DNA of 52,435 nucleotides, filler included, from Catajapyx aquilonaris (taxonomy: Eukaryota): the NCBI GenBank assembly GCA_000934665.2. It is 3 parts of 3 records of this genome, joined end to end, with 100 filler letters (N's around TTAATTAATTAA, not from the genome) between each part and the next. Parts side by side here need not be neighbours in the genome. Positions count along the whole stretch, not along the records: positions 17,140 to 35,312 come from JYFJ02007055.1; positions 35,413 to 52,435 come from JYFJ02007056.1; 1 more part is not named here. One strand, 5' to 3'. Every line of letters starts with the position of its first letter. Within the stretch, counting starts at the first letter, position 1. Below the pieces are notes generated by a model. The model ran no database searches and was not told the DNA's origin. It worked only from the letters and a program-made list of their open reading frames with translations. Shown one piece after another: positions 34,401 through 47,833 of this stretch. The position numbers were made by a program, and so were the translations under genes.

Positions 34401-35312
34401 TATAGTTATCTGATCAAAATGACCATGTCACCCAGTTTTGAGGGGGGCAGGGGTCAAATTCCGACCTCACCGATTTTCTTGAAATTCGGTTCATTGACAT
34501 ATGGCCCCCTCCAATGTGGGTCACAGGGTCATTTCGATCATGTAATTATAGGTCCGTTTTCATCCCTTGGCTACCAATGCATCGAATTTCAAGAGAATCG
34601 GTGAGGTCGGAATTTGAACTCTGCCCTCCTCCAATACGGGGTCACAGGGTCATTTTGATCAGGTAACTATATGTGTGTTTGTTATCCCTCGGGGTGGGCT
34701 ACTAATGCACCAAATTTCAAGAAAATCTGTGATATCGGAATTTCATGGTTCGACCTCTGACCCCACTCAAAAATGGGTCACAAGGTCATTTTGATCAGGT
34801 AACTATAGGTAATCCGGGGGTAATCCGGGCCGTCCGCAGATTATTATTCATAATATCACACTTCATCAACTTTCCGGTAAAGGGGGAAACAGAACTCAGG
34901 CCCTCGGGTAAGGCAATGGCTCAAAAACTCCGTCGCTAAAAGGTTAAGTAGTAATAATAATCAGTGCATGCCTGTCACCCACCATACTGAATGATAAATA
35001 AGCCTTACAATTTCTTTCTGCATGTTACACAAAACAAGGCAACAGGCTTTGTTTACATGCCACTATGAAGACAGGTTTTGGAGTTATGCACTGGGAAACT
35101 TGTTTTCTGGAACGTAAATATACAGGGTGGTCCAACTTTTTTGTCCGAACAGCTATTGACAAATTCGGCCTAAGCTGCTTATGTTGTAGTGCGTTACCTG
35201 GCAACCCTGTCCGGTGGGCCAATTCAAACATCAGCCCATGGAGACTGCTTCCATTGTTGCCACTGTTTACTAATTGAGTGAGTGACGCGGATGACCCAGC
35301 GACGGATCTCTT

Positions 35313-35412
35313 NNNNNNNNNNNNNNNNNNNNNNNNNNNNNNNNNNNNNNNNNNNNTTAATTAATTAANNNNNNNNNNNNNNNNNNNNNNNNNNNNNNNN
35401 NNNNNNNNNNNN
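35313..35412. other. Artificial contig-joining spacer
   Basis: 44 N + TTAATTAATTAA + 44 N. Confidence 0.97.
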
Positions 35413-35838
35413 TGTTTCTTACTCGACATCATTAAGCCAAGCTCCAATTTTCGTTCACATCCCAGGATAGAGGGTGACATCGACTACCTGAACTGTCCTG
35501 GAATTACCCGCTGGCCTTATGCTATCATCATTTGCAGAGCTGACGGACCAGGACGCTTGTCAACGACCTGCACATCATTCACCACGCTGTCACTTGAACA
35601 GTACATTGCTCTCGTGCATCATTACTATGGCAATGATGGAAACGCTGCGTCCGTTTTTCCGCCTCTGTCGCTGGACCCTGCACCGCTTTTTTTTCGGAAC
35701 CTTTTCAACACTATTCAAAACCCTGTCCACGTCGTCAGATACGGTAACGGTATCCGGAATTTATATGCGGAGGGATTTAGTGTAATTGGGGATTTTCTGC
35801 GTTATGTGGCACAAGACGATTTGCCTTTGAAACAATAG
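35413..35838 (+). CDS. Possible 5'-truncated ORF or terminal exon (141 aa), unknown product
   Basis: The frame is open from the first base of the contig to TAG at 35836-35838, with AATAAA at ~35993 and ~36026. No homology recognised. Confidence 0.3.
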   Translation, partial: CFLLDIIKPSSNFRSHPRIEGDIDYLNCPGITRWPYAIIICRADGPGRLSTTCTSFTTLSLEQYIALVHHYYGNDGNAASVFPPLSLDPAPLFFRNLFNTIQNPVHVVRYGNGIRNLYAEGFSVIGDFLRYVAQDDLPLKQ

Positions 35839-38800
35839 GAGGCGACGGGCTGTGACCTACTCACAACTGTGGCGGTGTCTTATATTTGGGGATGTGGACA
35901 ACAATGCTGGATTAATGATGGTATTAGTGGGTTAGTAATAATTTTGACCCATTTTCCGTACTCATATTTTATCTAGGTAAAATGTGGGGCAGAATAAATT
36001 TTGTACATATTGTATAAGCCCTCGTAATAAATTGGGTACGAGCAATGTCAGGAAAAAATCGGCCTAAATTTTATGGCCCCAATTCCATATTGATTTGGGA
36101 TATATCCGGAAATTGCTCCCTGTAGCTCCCTATGTATTTTACAGGGCACGAGTCATCGCACATCAGGCTTGGATTTATGCGTAAATCGTATTACGCAGCC
36201 AATAGCGTGCCTGAAAGCACATGTGGTGACCAATCAGATGTTGGTAATAACTTTACACGATTTCAACATGAATCAGGCTACAAGTTATATCTACTCAATT
36301 GGTTCAGATAATCCTAGATTAATTAAAAACTAGTGGAGATCAGGCGCTCTTGTTTACACATTTTGAATAATGAAATAATTACTTTTTTGGATTGTAAATT
36401 GCATGGCAATAATGCAATTCCGAGTTAATTACTTTCAATAAATGTGGCTAGCTGATCTGCAAGATTGTATCAATCCGCACGTAGAAAATGACCCAGGTCA
36501 AGAAGTTCAAGATTGTCCTAACCATTATTCCTTATCTCGGCTTGTTCATTCTTGCTGCACAATTTTTTTCAGTTTCTGTAGCTTATATGGGCAATCACTA
36601 TAACAGAATCGGAACTAACGTTACATGTTCCGGACCAGTGAAATTTTTTGCCTTCGTTAACGCCTATCGTTTCTGTAGGATTTACACTTGTTTGCACCCG
36701 AATAATAGCGGATGCAATTAAGAGAAGATATTTCTTTTTCGATGGCCAAAATAAACCTTCTTGTCCGGATGGTTTCACATGAGCGAAGATTTTGGAGTTG
36801 GGGCGTTAATTTTCGAAATGCCGAAGAGCCCTTCTCTTTTGTCTTACCTGTGATGGACACGAACGTAATGGAGTAAGAGATGAAAAGTCGGTCGCAGGGC
36901 GTGGACCCTGAAGAAGACGAGATATCAGTCACGATTGCCTGATCGCAAAAAGGGGAACATCTCCCTTTGACAGTAGCCTGTAAAGTGAGAGTCTGATCAA
37001 GTTAACTCCCCGACCTAAAAGCATTTTGTCAATTAAGCAAAGATACATTTAGGTAGACAAAATTTTTGTAAAAATATTCTATTAGTTCTATTTAATATTC
37101 AATGATGTTTAGTGTTTTTTCATTCAGTTCGTTGGTCCTGTATGTGACCATCCCACATTTTTTGTTATCTTAACACCTCCATTTTTGGGTGGAGGTTGGG
37201 GATGGTGAGGGACAACTTTAATGTGAGTAGAAACACCTCTGGGTTGTGTGAATACACTGCACCCGCATCGTGCTCAACCTTCGTAATGTTCCGACCGATC
37301 AATAAATTGGATCCGAGTGCCGGTAGAGTTATTTCCAGGGAATATTTTACTGGTAGGTGGAGGGGGTGAGGGGGCACCTTAATGATTCTACGCTAAAGCG
37401 AACCCCCCCTAGCCCTTTACCCCCCTACATAAAATTGATTCATTGAATGTTGGAAGTGAGAGGGGGAATCGAGACGCTCTGGCAAAGTTTTGGGTGGGGT
37501 AGACGGAATAGAGAAAAAAAAAGTGGGGGAAGGAGAAGGGGGGAGGAGGAAAAAAAAAGAAGTTTGTCGTTGGTCTATTACCGCCAGTTTTATTTGATGA
37601 TGACTTTGGGAACTGCGAGGGATTGATGAGGGTTTTCACTGCAGATGTGTGGTGCCGCGTACACCTTTTAGCGTATTATTCATTCTGGTGAAGTCCTCTT
37701 TTTGTGCGCAAGTTGATTTCAACAATGGCACCTTTGCGGCGAGGTGGCAGGATAACAATTGTGGGTTTCACGCACTTTTGCACTTTAGCAATACAACTTT
37801 TTTGAGGCATCAGCTTAGCATGTAGAGGTAGGTGAAGTATCTGTAGATTAATTCCGTGATCAAAATTAAAATATTTTCAGATTCCTTTACGCTAATTAGG
37901 AAGCTGGTTTGTTTCTGTATATGATCTCTGGCTCTGACGGAGTACGTAGTTTTTTAATGCAATACACAGATATGCCCGCAAGGGGAGGTGTGAAACTGTG
38001 AATGGAACAAAAACGTGACCGTGTAATCTGGGCTGAACAACATCTCTTTTTTTGTTCATGTTTATCCCACGTTGAGAGCAGCCTCTGATCATGATGTACA
38101 TCACTCTCAGCTGACTTACACTCGCAAACTGTTGCATAAGCATATTGCATAATATTTTTTTCCTTGCTCCTAGCAAAAATATTCGGAGAGATTCGAAAGA
38201 CGAAAAGTGCAGTGAGCTGGAACCTCACAGATTCCAAAGAAGATTTCTTTGGTAGGCAGTGGCAGTGATTTCAGATTTTCCCACGTTTTCCCGAATCACA
38301 GCACTTATGGCATGATCTAAAATGCAATTGACTCTCAGCTCATCATGCGAAATGGATTTGAAAGTTCCTGATGACAGGATTCAAAAGCGAACGTTCCGCC
38401 CTCGGTATAGGATGAGGGTGTTACTAATGGATTCTGCACTTTCCAGTTTGAACCCTCCCCACTGCCACCCTCCACCCCCTCCCTCCCTTCAGTGGTGGGA
38501 GCTCACATGTAAAATTGAAAGGCCAGTTCATTGAACCGTTTGACTGGGAGGAGGGGAATGGTTATTGTGCGAGGAAATGAGACTTGGTGGTTGGGTAGCC
38601 TTTACTCGCTTCTATTCATGGAGCCACGGACACAACTTCTGTACTTGATGCCCCATAAGGTAAGTCGAGTTCGTCCTCACAACCACCGCTCATAGTTAGC
38701 GGCGTGATCGTCAGAGCGTCGCTTGTGTTGGTGTGTGCCCGACCTTCGCCCTTGCCGCCCCTAGTTTGCAGTTTGCTCGTCAGAGCGTCGCTAGTGTAAG

Positions 38801-40276
38801 CCGCATGGCTGACTCTCACCCCTTGGTTCGTGGTTGGTTGGCGTTGCTTGTGTCCATACTTGCACGGCTAGTTGGTGGTTTTCTCGTCAGAGCGTCGCTA
38901 GTGTGCAACCGTGGCTGACCTAGGATCTTCTGGATAGTCACTGGTGTAAGCCAGATCCCTGACTTTCGACCGAGGGTAGTTCATGGCTTTGTAGTCATGG
39001 AGACGAGTGGCTGACCTCTCCCTAGCATAGCAACGAATGGTTTCGGCACAAGACTGGTAGGGGAAAAAAAGTTTCCTGGCCCCTGACCGCATCTGTCATT
39101 AATCCAACCTATGGAATACTAATTAATAGGAGAGAACTGGGGGTGAGGATATGAATCGGACAATGGAAGCTACGAGGCTTGATTGCGGATGATTTATGCA
39201 CGCTGACAGGAGAGGGGAGGTGCGAACGGTGGCAGTTCATCTTCCTTGACGAATGAATTTTTTTTCCAACTATGGAACTTTTGCCCTTGAGTCATCACTA
39301 TATGCAAGCCATTTGAACAAATTTTATGGACTTTATTCCCTGCGCAGTTGTGCGAACATAATCTGCACTCCTCCAGCCTAATTGGATGATGTGGGTGGTC
39401 GAAAAGTGATTTGTTCAGATTGTCGATTATCACGTAATGTGGAAGGGAATTATGGGATAATAAGATAATTGTTTTAATCCTACATTGACTCGATCAAGGT
39501 TGCATGCACAGGTAAATGCTACTCCGGTTGGGACTGGTGGTCAACAACAACAACTGCAAGGTGATAAATTGAAATCACACCGTTTAAAATTGGCATAACA
39601 ATGCAAAAAACAGTATGTTTTAAATATGCGGGGTGTCTCAGAAGTGACAAGTACTTGGCAGCTGTGACCAGAGTGTCGCAGCCGATCGCAATTCATCCAC
39701 TGTGAGAGTATAATCTGCGGCTATCGGTTCGCGCGGTCACAAGTCGATTCAGCAATGAAGGGAAAATTTAACAACTGTTTTGCTACCCCATCGACATGCA
39801 TAAAATACCAACGTTGCGACACGTCAGAGTGCTTTACTATTGTTTTGGTGCACTTCACTCCACCTTACTGCTGTTCCGCAATAATTGAGAGTTTTTGCAC
39901 CATCCAGTGATATTGGTAGCTGGAATTGCATGGTAAAATTATGAATGATGCATCGTGTAGGCCTACATGCACGTAGAGATATATTGATTTGATATTGTAG
40001 GAATAACTATCAATAAAATTATAATTATGCTATGCTTTTAGACAACTATTTTTCATGAGGTTTTGATCCTTAATCGGAACATCTTAGGTGAGTTCCATAA
40101 CATGCGCTATTCCGGGGGATAGGGAGCCTTGACAGAGAGATATAGAGTAGAAAGGTCTTAGCTGACGTTAATATTATAGGATGTCACACATGACCTTAGC
40201 AAGACCATACACAAATAAGCTGTAGCATTTAAAGGCTGCTGGAAACAGGTTTTAGCAAGGCTGAATATATGATAAG

Positions 40277-40460
40277 TGGGGGCACGGAAGTGTAATTGGT
40301 TACCGACACAACACCTTTCAACTCTGAGGTCCCTAGTTTGATCCCTGTGTCGAGCCGAGGATTTTCTCATGTGGAAAGTATAGAGAGGTTTTCTCCTGTT
40401 CGCATGGTTTTCGGGTTTTACCCCTTTCCTCCCACCATCAAACATCCATCATCATTTAGG
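40277..40460 (+). mobile_element. Degenerate tRNA-derived SINE
   Basis: G-rich start, decayed A and B boxes (agtgtaattgg; agtttgatccc) and a ggttttc...tttcctccca core. Confidence 0.45.
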
Positions 40461-43400
40461 TATGAATTAATAAGGTCTGGGGGTTTAAAAGGGGATACCT
40501 CTAACAGGAAACAGGCCTATAATGGGGTAACAATTATGTAGAAATAACTCTAAAATAATAATAAATAAGTTTAATAAACGGTAAATCGAGTCAGCTAAAT
40601 TGCGTGTATCTAAAAGTCACAGCTTTCTCTCTTTGTTGCACCTCTCACTAGTCAGACACCAATACCATATAGAGTTGGTGGCTTTATTGCTGTCCTAAAT
40701 TGACACTGAGCACACTGAGAGATAATGAGAGGCAATCATTTAATTTCATTCAGTTATAATGAAGAAAAGTGTTGCTGATTTGATGCCGTAGACTGGTCCA
40801 AAGTAACTTAAAAATTACCGCTTCAATGATCAACTCTTCCCACCTATGAATGCATATAAGAACGCACTGAGAACTAGGAGCATACCCTTGTTATTAATTT
40901 TGCCAACATTGATCTAACAATATAGTGCATTAATAACATCAGAGGTCCAATAGATACCTGAATCTTGCTCTGGTGCACATTGCCCAAACGAACACTTCCA
41001 ATAATCACACAACAATCAACGATTGCGGTGAGTAATCCATTACGTCCTTTCCGTCCAATTGTTGCAGGTAATGACTTTAGAAGTACAGTATACCACACAA
41101 TGCTTGGTCCGAATTGAAATGTCCCTTTTAGATAGCAATCATTGGCGTTAAGCTGATTATTTTAAGCCAGGTACTTTGGAATCGTTTTTAGTGGTTATAA
41201 ATAGCATTATCTGATGATACAAGTATTAGGTTGTGTAGGTTCTTTTCTAATACCTGCAGGGGTATGGGTTGCAATAAATGGGCTCTGTCATTGATAGTCA
41301 ATGCCCATTGTAACAATTAACTATTCCAAATGGGAAATTCATTGCAATTAACAGCTTTGGTAGGTGATTAGATTCTCAATAATATTATCTAATAGACTAC
41401 CGGTACTACTGATAATAAAATTCATGCTTCAAAGTAAGTGCTTAAAAATAAACAGCTTAGAGCACAAAGAGCCAAATAAAACGGGCATGTCAATTGGAAC
41501 ACCATTAATAACCTGTTTTACGTCGCTTGAGTCTTTCACCTCAACTGGACCAACGGATAGCGAAAGCTGGAACATCTCTGGGATTATACCCCGGACAACA
41601 CAAGTACTGACAGGACCCCGGAATGCGAAGTTGAGAACACATGAGTGACAATCCTCTACTGCAGTAGGGATAGCAGCAGTTTGAAGGACAGGAAAGTAAC
41701 ATAGATTAACGGCTTCATGCGCGTAACCCTTGACGAACATTAAGAGTCACAGGTGATCGAGCTGGTAAGAGCACAGGCTTAACCTCTATGACAAAGCCCC
41801 GGAACCCCCAAGGAACCTTGGGCATCAAGTTAGGGTTTATTCTGAAGTGCATTGATAAAGATGTCACCACAAAGGTTCATGTGAAGGACCATACGGGGGT
41901 TCGACGTCGATTCAAAACGTCAAGGACCACGATGAAATATTCAGAAGTACCAGTGCAGCATCCCACATCTTATAAAGAAAGGATGGAACTTATATTGCTA
42001 CAACTACCTTTGGCAAGTTACACCCAGAAAGCATATAAAACAACATACATATAGACAACAAGGATAATGGTGCGACAAGGGTAGGTGCAGGGTACGGAAA
42101 ATTTATTTTTCCAACAAAACGCAAAAATTTTGACGATATCCCGGCAGAATTCAATGTGACTTCGAAGCCCTAAAAAACTCCACATGATTGGAGCATCTCA
42201 AGCAAAATGGAAGCTAATTGTTGTAAAAAATGGACGTAAGAACCTGTTTGACTGTACTATTTGATTTCGCACCAATACTTGGGATGTAAAACATTCCCTT
42301 CCCGATGTGACTGTAAAGTTGTGTTCTTTACTGATTTTGCTCTGACCACAGGAGCGATGAGTGGGAATACAATCATTGAACAAGGCAGTCGAGTCTTACC
42401 TTTGGGGAAACCGAGTACTCTTACCTTACCTTGGGCTCCTAAATCTTTATCCGCTGCGTACCCTGTTACAGTGGAAGTAGGGACTATTGGGAAATATACC
42501 GTATCAATAAATACTTCATTGTATAGTAAATGAAACGAATTATTATTGGGGTTGAATTTCCAAATTAAGGGAAATGATTTTTTGCAGGTTTCTTTGACCG
42601 ACATCTGAAGTTGTTCAAAGGTCCTCTAAATTAACGTTATCCCTCGCTCCTTCTCTGCCCGTTGTCCAGTTTATTTCGTAACAATTGAAGTAGCGGGCCT
42701 TTGCTATTGGTTTAAAGGTAATATGGAAGGACCCAACAAAACCAAGTCCAAATTATAGCAAGATAAAAATATGGTGAGGATGCATAATAACTACGGAATT
42801 AGCTGTTTACTCATAGACTAACTCTGTAGTTAACCTTAACTATTGTTCATACAAGTTGCCCTGAGTGTCGTTGTGAAAGTGCCTGTATTACCAGTCTCCT
42901 TCACTATGCTATCCGAATGACACCATAGGTACAGCATATAATTATGTGTAGTACAGTACCTCTGATCTGTACAGTACCATTCGAAAGCAACATGAAGTCC
43001 ACTTTGCACAATGCGGAACAACAACATAATATGTGTAGTGCAGTGGCACGTGACGCCAGATAGCAGACGGCACTTGACACGAGACAAGTGCCGAGTGGAA
43101 AAGTGTTGAAGGAAGAGCCAGGAAAAGGGGAAGAGAAGAAGCAAAGTGGGCAATTAGCGCCGCCATCACTCACACAAGCGCCCATAATGAGGCTCTGATA
43201 ACCGGAGCGTGAAAATTCCACATTCGGTAATCCCAACGGGACAGCTAACGCTGCATGCGTATCATATGGGATTAAAGGTCTATGTTTGCCATAGGGATTA
43301 CAGCACTCCGCTTGGCTTCAGTCCGAGGGGCCCAGCACACTGGAGGGCTTTTTGAGGGACCTCTCTCTTTTTTATTATGTTTTATTTTGTTTTAATTTTT

Positions 43401-44015
43401 TTGTCCAGGGTGCAATGCTTTTGGTGTGACGTGTAGGCGCAGCTGGAAACTGGTTTTTGCATCTAGGCTAATAGGGTCATGGTAGGAATTGGGAGTGGGT
43501 AGGGAGAGGCATGGGGGGATAAAATTCCTCCTGGGAGGCAGCCACGCAAGAATTGGCTTGTCAAAAGCTTCCGCTCCCTCCGTCCTATCTCCCATTTCTA
43601 AATTGAATTAAAACCATGTCCTCCAATTACATTTTGTACCGGCTCAAAGAGAGCTCGGGCAAGCGAGTTTTGACGTGCGACATTTGTTTTCAACTTGTTA
43701 CCGTTTTGCCTGGGATTTTCCAGGCTCAGGAATGGAAGACTCACGTGTTAGAATTTTTTTATATATTTCGTAATGTAGTATTGGGCTTAATTCGTCTTTT
43801 TTTATTCAAATGCAGTTTTGAACGGGGTATGACACAAGTTCTGCATAGAGTCACGTCCAAGAGTTCAGATTGTTCAGTGTTGGTTTTCATGTTCATGTTC
43901 CACCAGAATGGCAGCCACAATTCTAAAGTTACTTTTGTTTTACTCTCATGTTCTCTCCTAGTGCATAATTTCGAGTCCTACAGTGCATAGCATAGCTCCC
44001 ATCATTTTTGTTCCA

Positions 44016-44016
<1 letters not shown>

Positions 44017-44070
<54 letters not shown>
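44017..44070. repeat. (ATT)18 microsatellite
   Basis: Seen directly. Confidence 0.97.
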
Positions 44071-44073
<3 letters not shown>

Positions 44074-47000
44074 CCTGGTGCGAATATGTCGATGACCGAT
44101 ATCCCAATGAAATTAATTCTGATTGCGAAGACGGGCAGATATTTGGAGCAGCATGCCTGTAGGAAGCAGCAGCTCTCAGGCTGACAAAAGAAAATTCCAT
44201 GAGAGTCGTTTGCCTGGCCCCCATGGCTCATGGAAGCCGACAAGCAAGCGACGCGCTCATTTGTGTACCGGCAAAGCATGTCTTGCCCTCGCACGTGACT
44301 CCAAGCGCTTGCAAACACAATGAGGATGTGTAAGGAATGGAGAAGATGAAAAAGCAAGGCACGCACGCCATGCGAAAAATTCCAGCTTTTAAAACATGCA
44401 GAGGTCTTCAACCTTCCTCTTCTGTCCCCTTCCATCCCCCGCATGGCTTTTCTTTTCCCCTTAAGCCGATATCGACATTTCTGCAAACCGAATTATGCGA
44501 GTCATTTGATCGCATTTCAAACCCCTCGGCGATATAGAGAACAGGATCCATCACGTCCTATTTCAAAAGTTTATCCATCAAGGTTGGAAGTGTAGAGAGA
44601 GAGGCACGCTTTGGACATTTTTGCTTGACAAAAGTTGCAGGTGTTGTTTTTGCATGTTTTACTTGTCATATTTTATACTGAATGTCGTGGTTTGGCTGTG
44701 CAAGTGGCATTAATGGCCTTCTTCAGCATTTGACAAATTCCTTCTAAACCTTGCAAACAAAATAACAGCCGAAATGGAGAAACGAGTCAAATTCACTGTT
44801 CATGTTTCATCAGTTTTATAGGGACCATTCAATTAAAATTTTACTAGTTCACACTCATGAATAGGAATAGGAGAGCAGGAGGTGACCAGTTGGCTCATTC
44901 GACAAATGCTGCAATTGTCTACTTTGCCATAAATCCATAAGTATTTTCAAATAAAATAATTACATAATTTGAATAATGATCCACTGTAAATTGCTCAACA
45001 ATATAAAATACCACATAATGGAGCAAATCCATGCTCGTTTATTTTCATTATCATCAGTACAATTGACAAATTATATCGTAACTTTTCACGGCTTCGGGCG
45101 CATGTCTTGAATTTTAACACTGGATCTGTGAGCCTAGCCCACACACCTAGTCTCCACAAAAAGAATCACCAACAAGTGGTACAATATTTCAGAATGTTAC
45201 ACCCGAGTGTGAGCATAAATTGAGAAGCGCGTAATATGAATACTAAGAAGGCGATAGTCATCTCTCGTCACGCGCCCTCCTCCTTAGGAAATAAAACGCT
45301 TCATAAAGCCATGGAGCCAAGGGCTGTGACATCGTAAACCCCCATGGAAAAAAATTGAGGAAATCCTCGAGAGCGATCTGTTTTCCTTCCGGAAGAACCC
45401 CCCACTTTTTTTTTACCAATCGGGAAAAATTCATAGTAGTTGCCCCTTTACCCGAAAAAAGGCTAAAATGGCGTCACCAGTGTGGCGGGAATTTATAAGA
45501 AGGTAGACATGTTGCCAAGTGGCCAAAAGAACATTGCCCCTGTCTTTTTTGGGCCTCCCCCCCCCCNCCCCCCCCCCCCTGGCCACACCATCGATTGCTG
45601 GCAACAGACGACGCTGCATGCAAATCCACCTGTTTCGCCAGTGTTATTCATGCAATATTATGCATACCCCTACTTCCAGTGGCGCGGATTTTCTCCTCCC
45701 CGGTTCGCCTTTAGTGAAAGTTAGAGAAGTGTGCAAAAAAAATGCATCTTTGGAATGCAAAGCCTTTCGTGGCAGCACACTCTTTATGAGCTTTCTCCAG
45801 AGCGCTTTGTGGTATTCAAATGAAACACCGTATTTTTTCCGTCTCCATTCCTCTACCCGTCTGAATTTCGAAGACCGCTCATTTGGAGGCACTTTTTCAA
45901 TTGATATTATCGGTTTAGGACTGCTTTTTGGGGCCACCTACAGGTGGTGGGGATATTCTGATAGGATCAGATCATTTGTACCATGAATTCTTGGCATTTT
46001 GGATATCTCGGGTGTTTATACAAGTGGCAATCATGTCAGGTCTGCACTGCTTCAGCTATAAGAAAAGTCTTGCGTATACTGTCTTAACATGTTATTCGGC
46101 CATAATGTCAGCAGGTGATATACGAGCTCCATAAAGAAAAGCTTGGCAGTTTGACTTTGGCCACCTCGTAACTTGATATGGGAGGCAGCCTCTCCCAGCA
46201 TACCTCCATGCATCTGCCGCCCCCAAACTTCACTATTATATGCAGCAAAATGGATGTAATAATGCCATGTTCTGGGTCAGCACTGTTGCTCTATTCCCCC
46301 TCCCACCCACCCATTCCCCACAACTATCTCCCCATGCATAAAAACTGCTTTGTACTTGGTGATACACTGTTCATAGTAAAAGCCTTTGTTCGCAAAATTC
46401 CACAGATTCCTCTGAACTTTATCGGATTTGTCGGCTTCCCCATATTTTGGTAGGTGTACTGCACCTGTACGAGTGATGACGCGTCTGCTCATTTTCACCC
46501 TCCCCTAAATTGATATGTATGCAGGGAATGAAGGGAGTGAGAAAAAGAAGTTCAATCTGGAGGCTGATTTACATCCTCCATTTTCGGCTCGCCTGAAACT
46601 GCAATTAATTCGTCCTGAGGGATACGTAAAGAAATACAGCACTTGAGCTTCCCTTTTAATTTTTATCCGGCCCCTCCCTTTGATCTATTACTTAGTCATG
46701 TAGTGAGGGAGGCTAGTAGTAGGGGAGGGTCTGAGGGGAAACGGGAATAATTAACAGTAACAAATGAAAAACCAATGAACACAGCCGTGGTCGTCAATTA
46801 TTAAGGCTAGCTTTGTTTCGGCGGTTAAGCCACGTCGGGATACGAGGATTGTGCATTAGTAACATTAATTATATGGGAGGGATTTAGGGGGAGGAGGGTT
46901 TCAGAAGAAAGTGAACCTCGAGTAGCATCTCCAATAAATTGAGTCGTTTTATCGAGAATTTCAAGAAAGTAGAATCGCTCCTTTTTTTCTGGGTGAGCTC

Positions 47001-47671
47001 CACAGCCATGCAGTATACTTGAGCCATCTCGTACCGTTTCGCAGAAGCTGCAAGAGTCAAAGATATGAGTGAAACGGGGGGGTTGGATGACATTTAAAAA
47101 TGTCAGAAGGTTTATGTGAGGGTGATTAGTATGTTGAAGCATTACCTCATTTGGGAACAATATGAATGTACTCGATATGAAAAAGGTGGGGATAATTTCG
47201 AAAGCCACTGTGGTTGCAAATCATATCGTGGGAGCTTTGGAAAGCCCGATTATTTAAAAACATGTGGTAGGAAACCACGATGGGGAAGTCGATTGCATTT
47301 TAAAATAGTGGATGGTGCTTGTCGTTTATGCAAGCATCATCGGGACACCTCACACCTTTTGACATGTCAATGGTCGACGACCCTAACCAGTATAGCCTAG
47401 ATTTGGTTGGCCACAATGAACTAGAAATTAGCATGTTTACACATTATGACTTGTCGATCTGTCATGTTATTCAACCAATGGAACTCTTGATCTGTTGCTC
47501 TTTAAGCTGATCGCATTTTACCTGTGGGTCATTGGAGCACGTTGGACCCTTTGTGTGCGTGTTTACCATCCTTCGCTCGAAGTGTTTGGTATCACGATTG
47601 CAGACCCAGTTGATAATGAGGACGACAGTGTAGCCAAACAATGATGCTCCACATTTGCTATTTGTTTGCAG

Positions 47672-47833
47672 ATGGAAAGGCCAACGAAACCCAGCGGCAG
47701 CCAAATGACGTCGTCAGTGCATCGTCGGCTGAAAAAGAAAAGGTCATTACGTCGACACCACCTTCGTTGGTCGAAGTACCAGCTGGACACAACGCCTTGG
47801 AAGGAAACCTTCTTGCCATCATTACCAATCAGA
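47672..47833 (+). CDS. Putative internal exon of an unidentified gene (S/T/P-rich)
   Basis: tttgtttgcag acceptor, gtaagt donor, 162 nt, phase 1/1. Open frame GKANETQRQPNDVVSASSAEKEKVITSTPPSLVEVPAGHNALEGNLLAIITNQ. Confidence 0.45.

Larger units (their letters stand above)
32395..34943 (-). mobile_element. piggyBac-like non-autonomous element, both ends present
   Basis: TTAA|CCCTTTGATGAC ... GTCGCTAAAAGG|TTAA. It has internal ~120-bp direct and inverted subrepeats, a ~30-bp minisatellite (~33440-33535) and nested MITEs. Confidence 0.7.

Noticed and set aside
38707..38905. Possible CRISPR array
   Set aside because: Only three short repeats with unequal spacers, in a eukaryotic context with no cas genes.
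40700..42840. Non-repetitive region with several medium ORFs, considered as an endogenous viral element or recoded gene (including a GLYPGQHKY*..GP stretch reminiscent of parvoviral VP1)
   Set aside because: The frames I translated have stops at roughly random frequency (about 1 in 20 codons), the downstream PLA2 HD..Y motif is absent, and no coherent protein emerges.
43929..44486. 185-aa minus-strand ORF
   Set aside because: Runs through an (ATT)n microsatellite (poly-Ile) and has no coding features.
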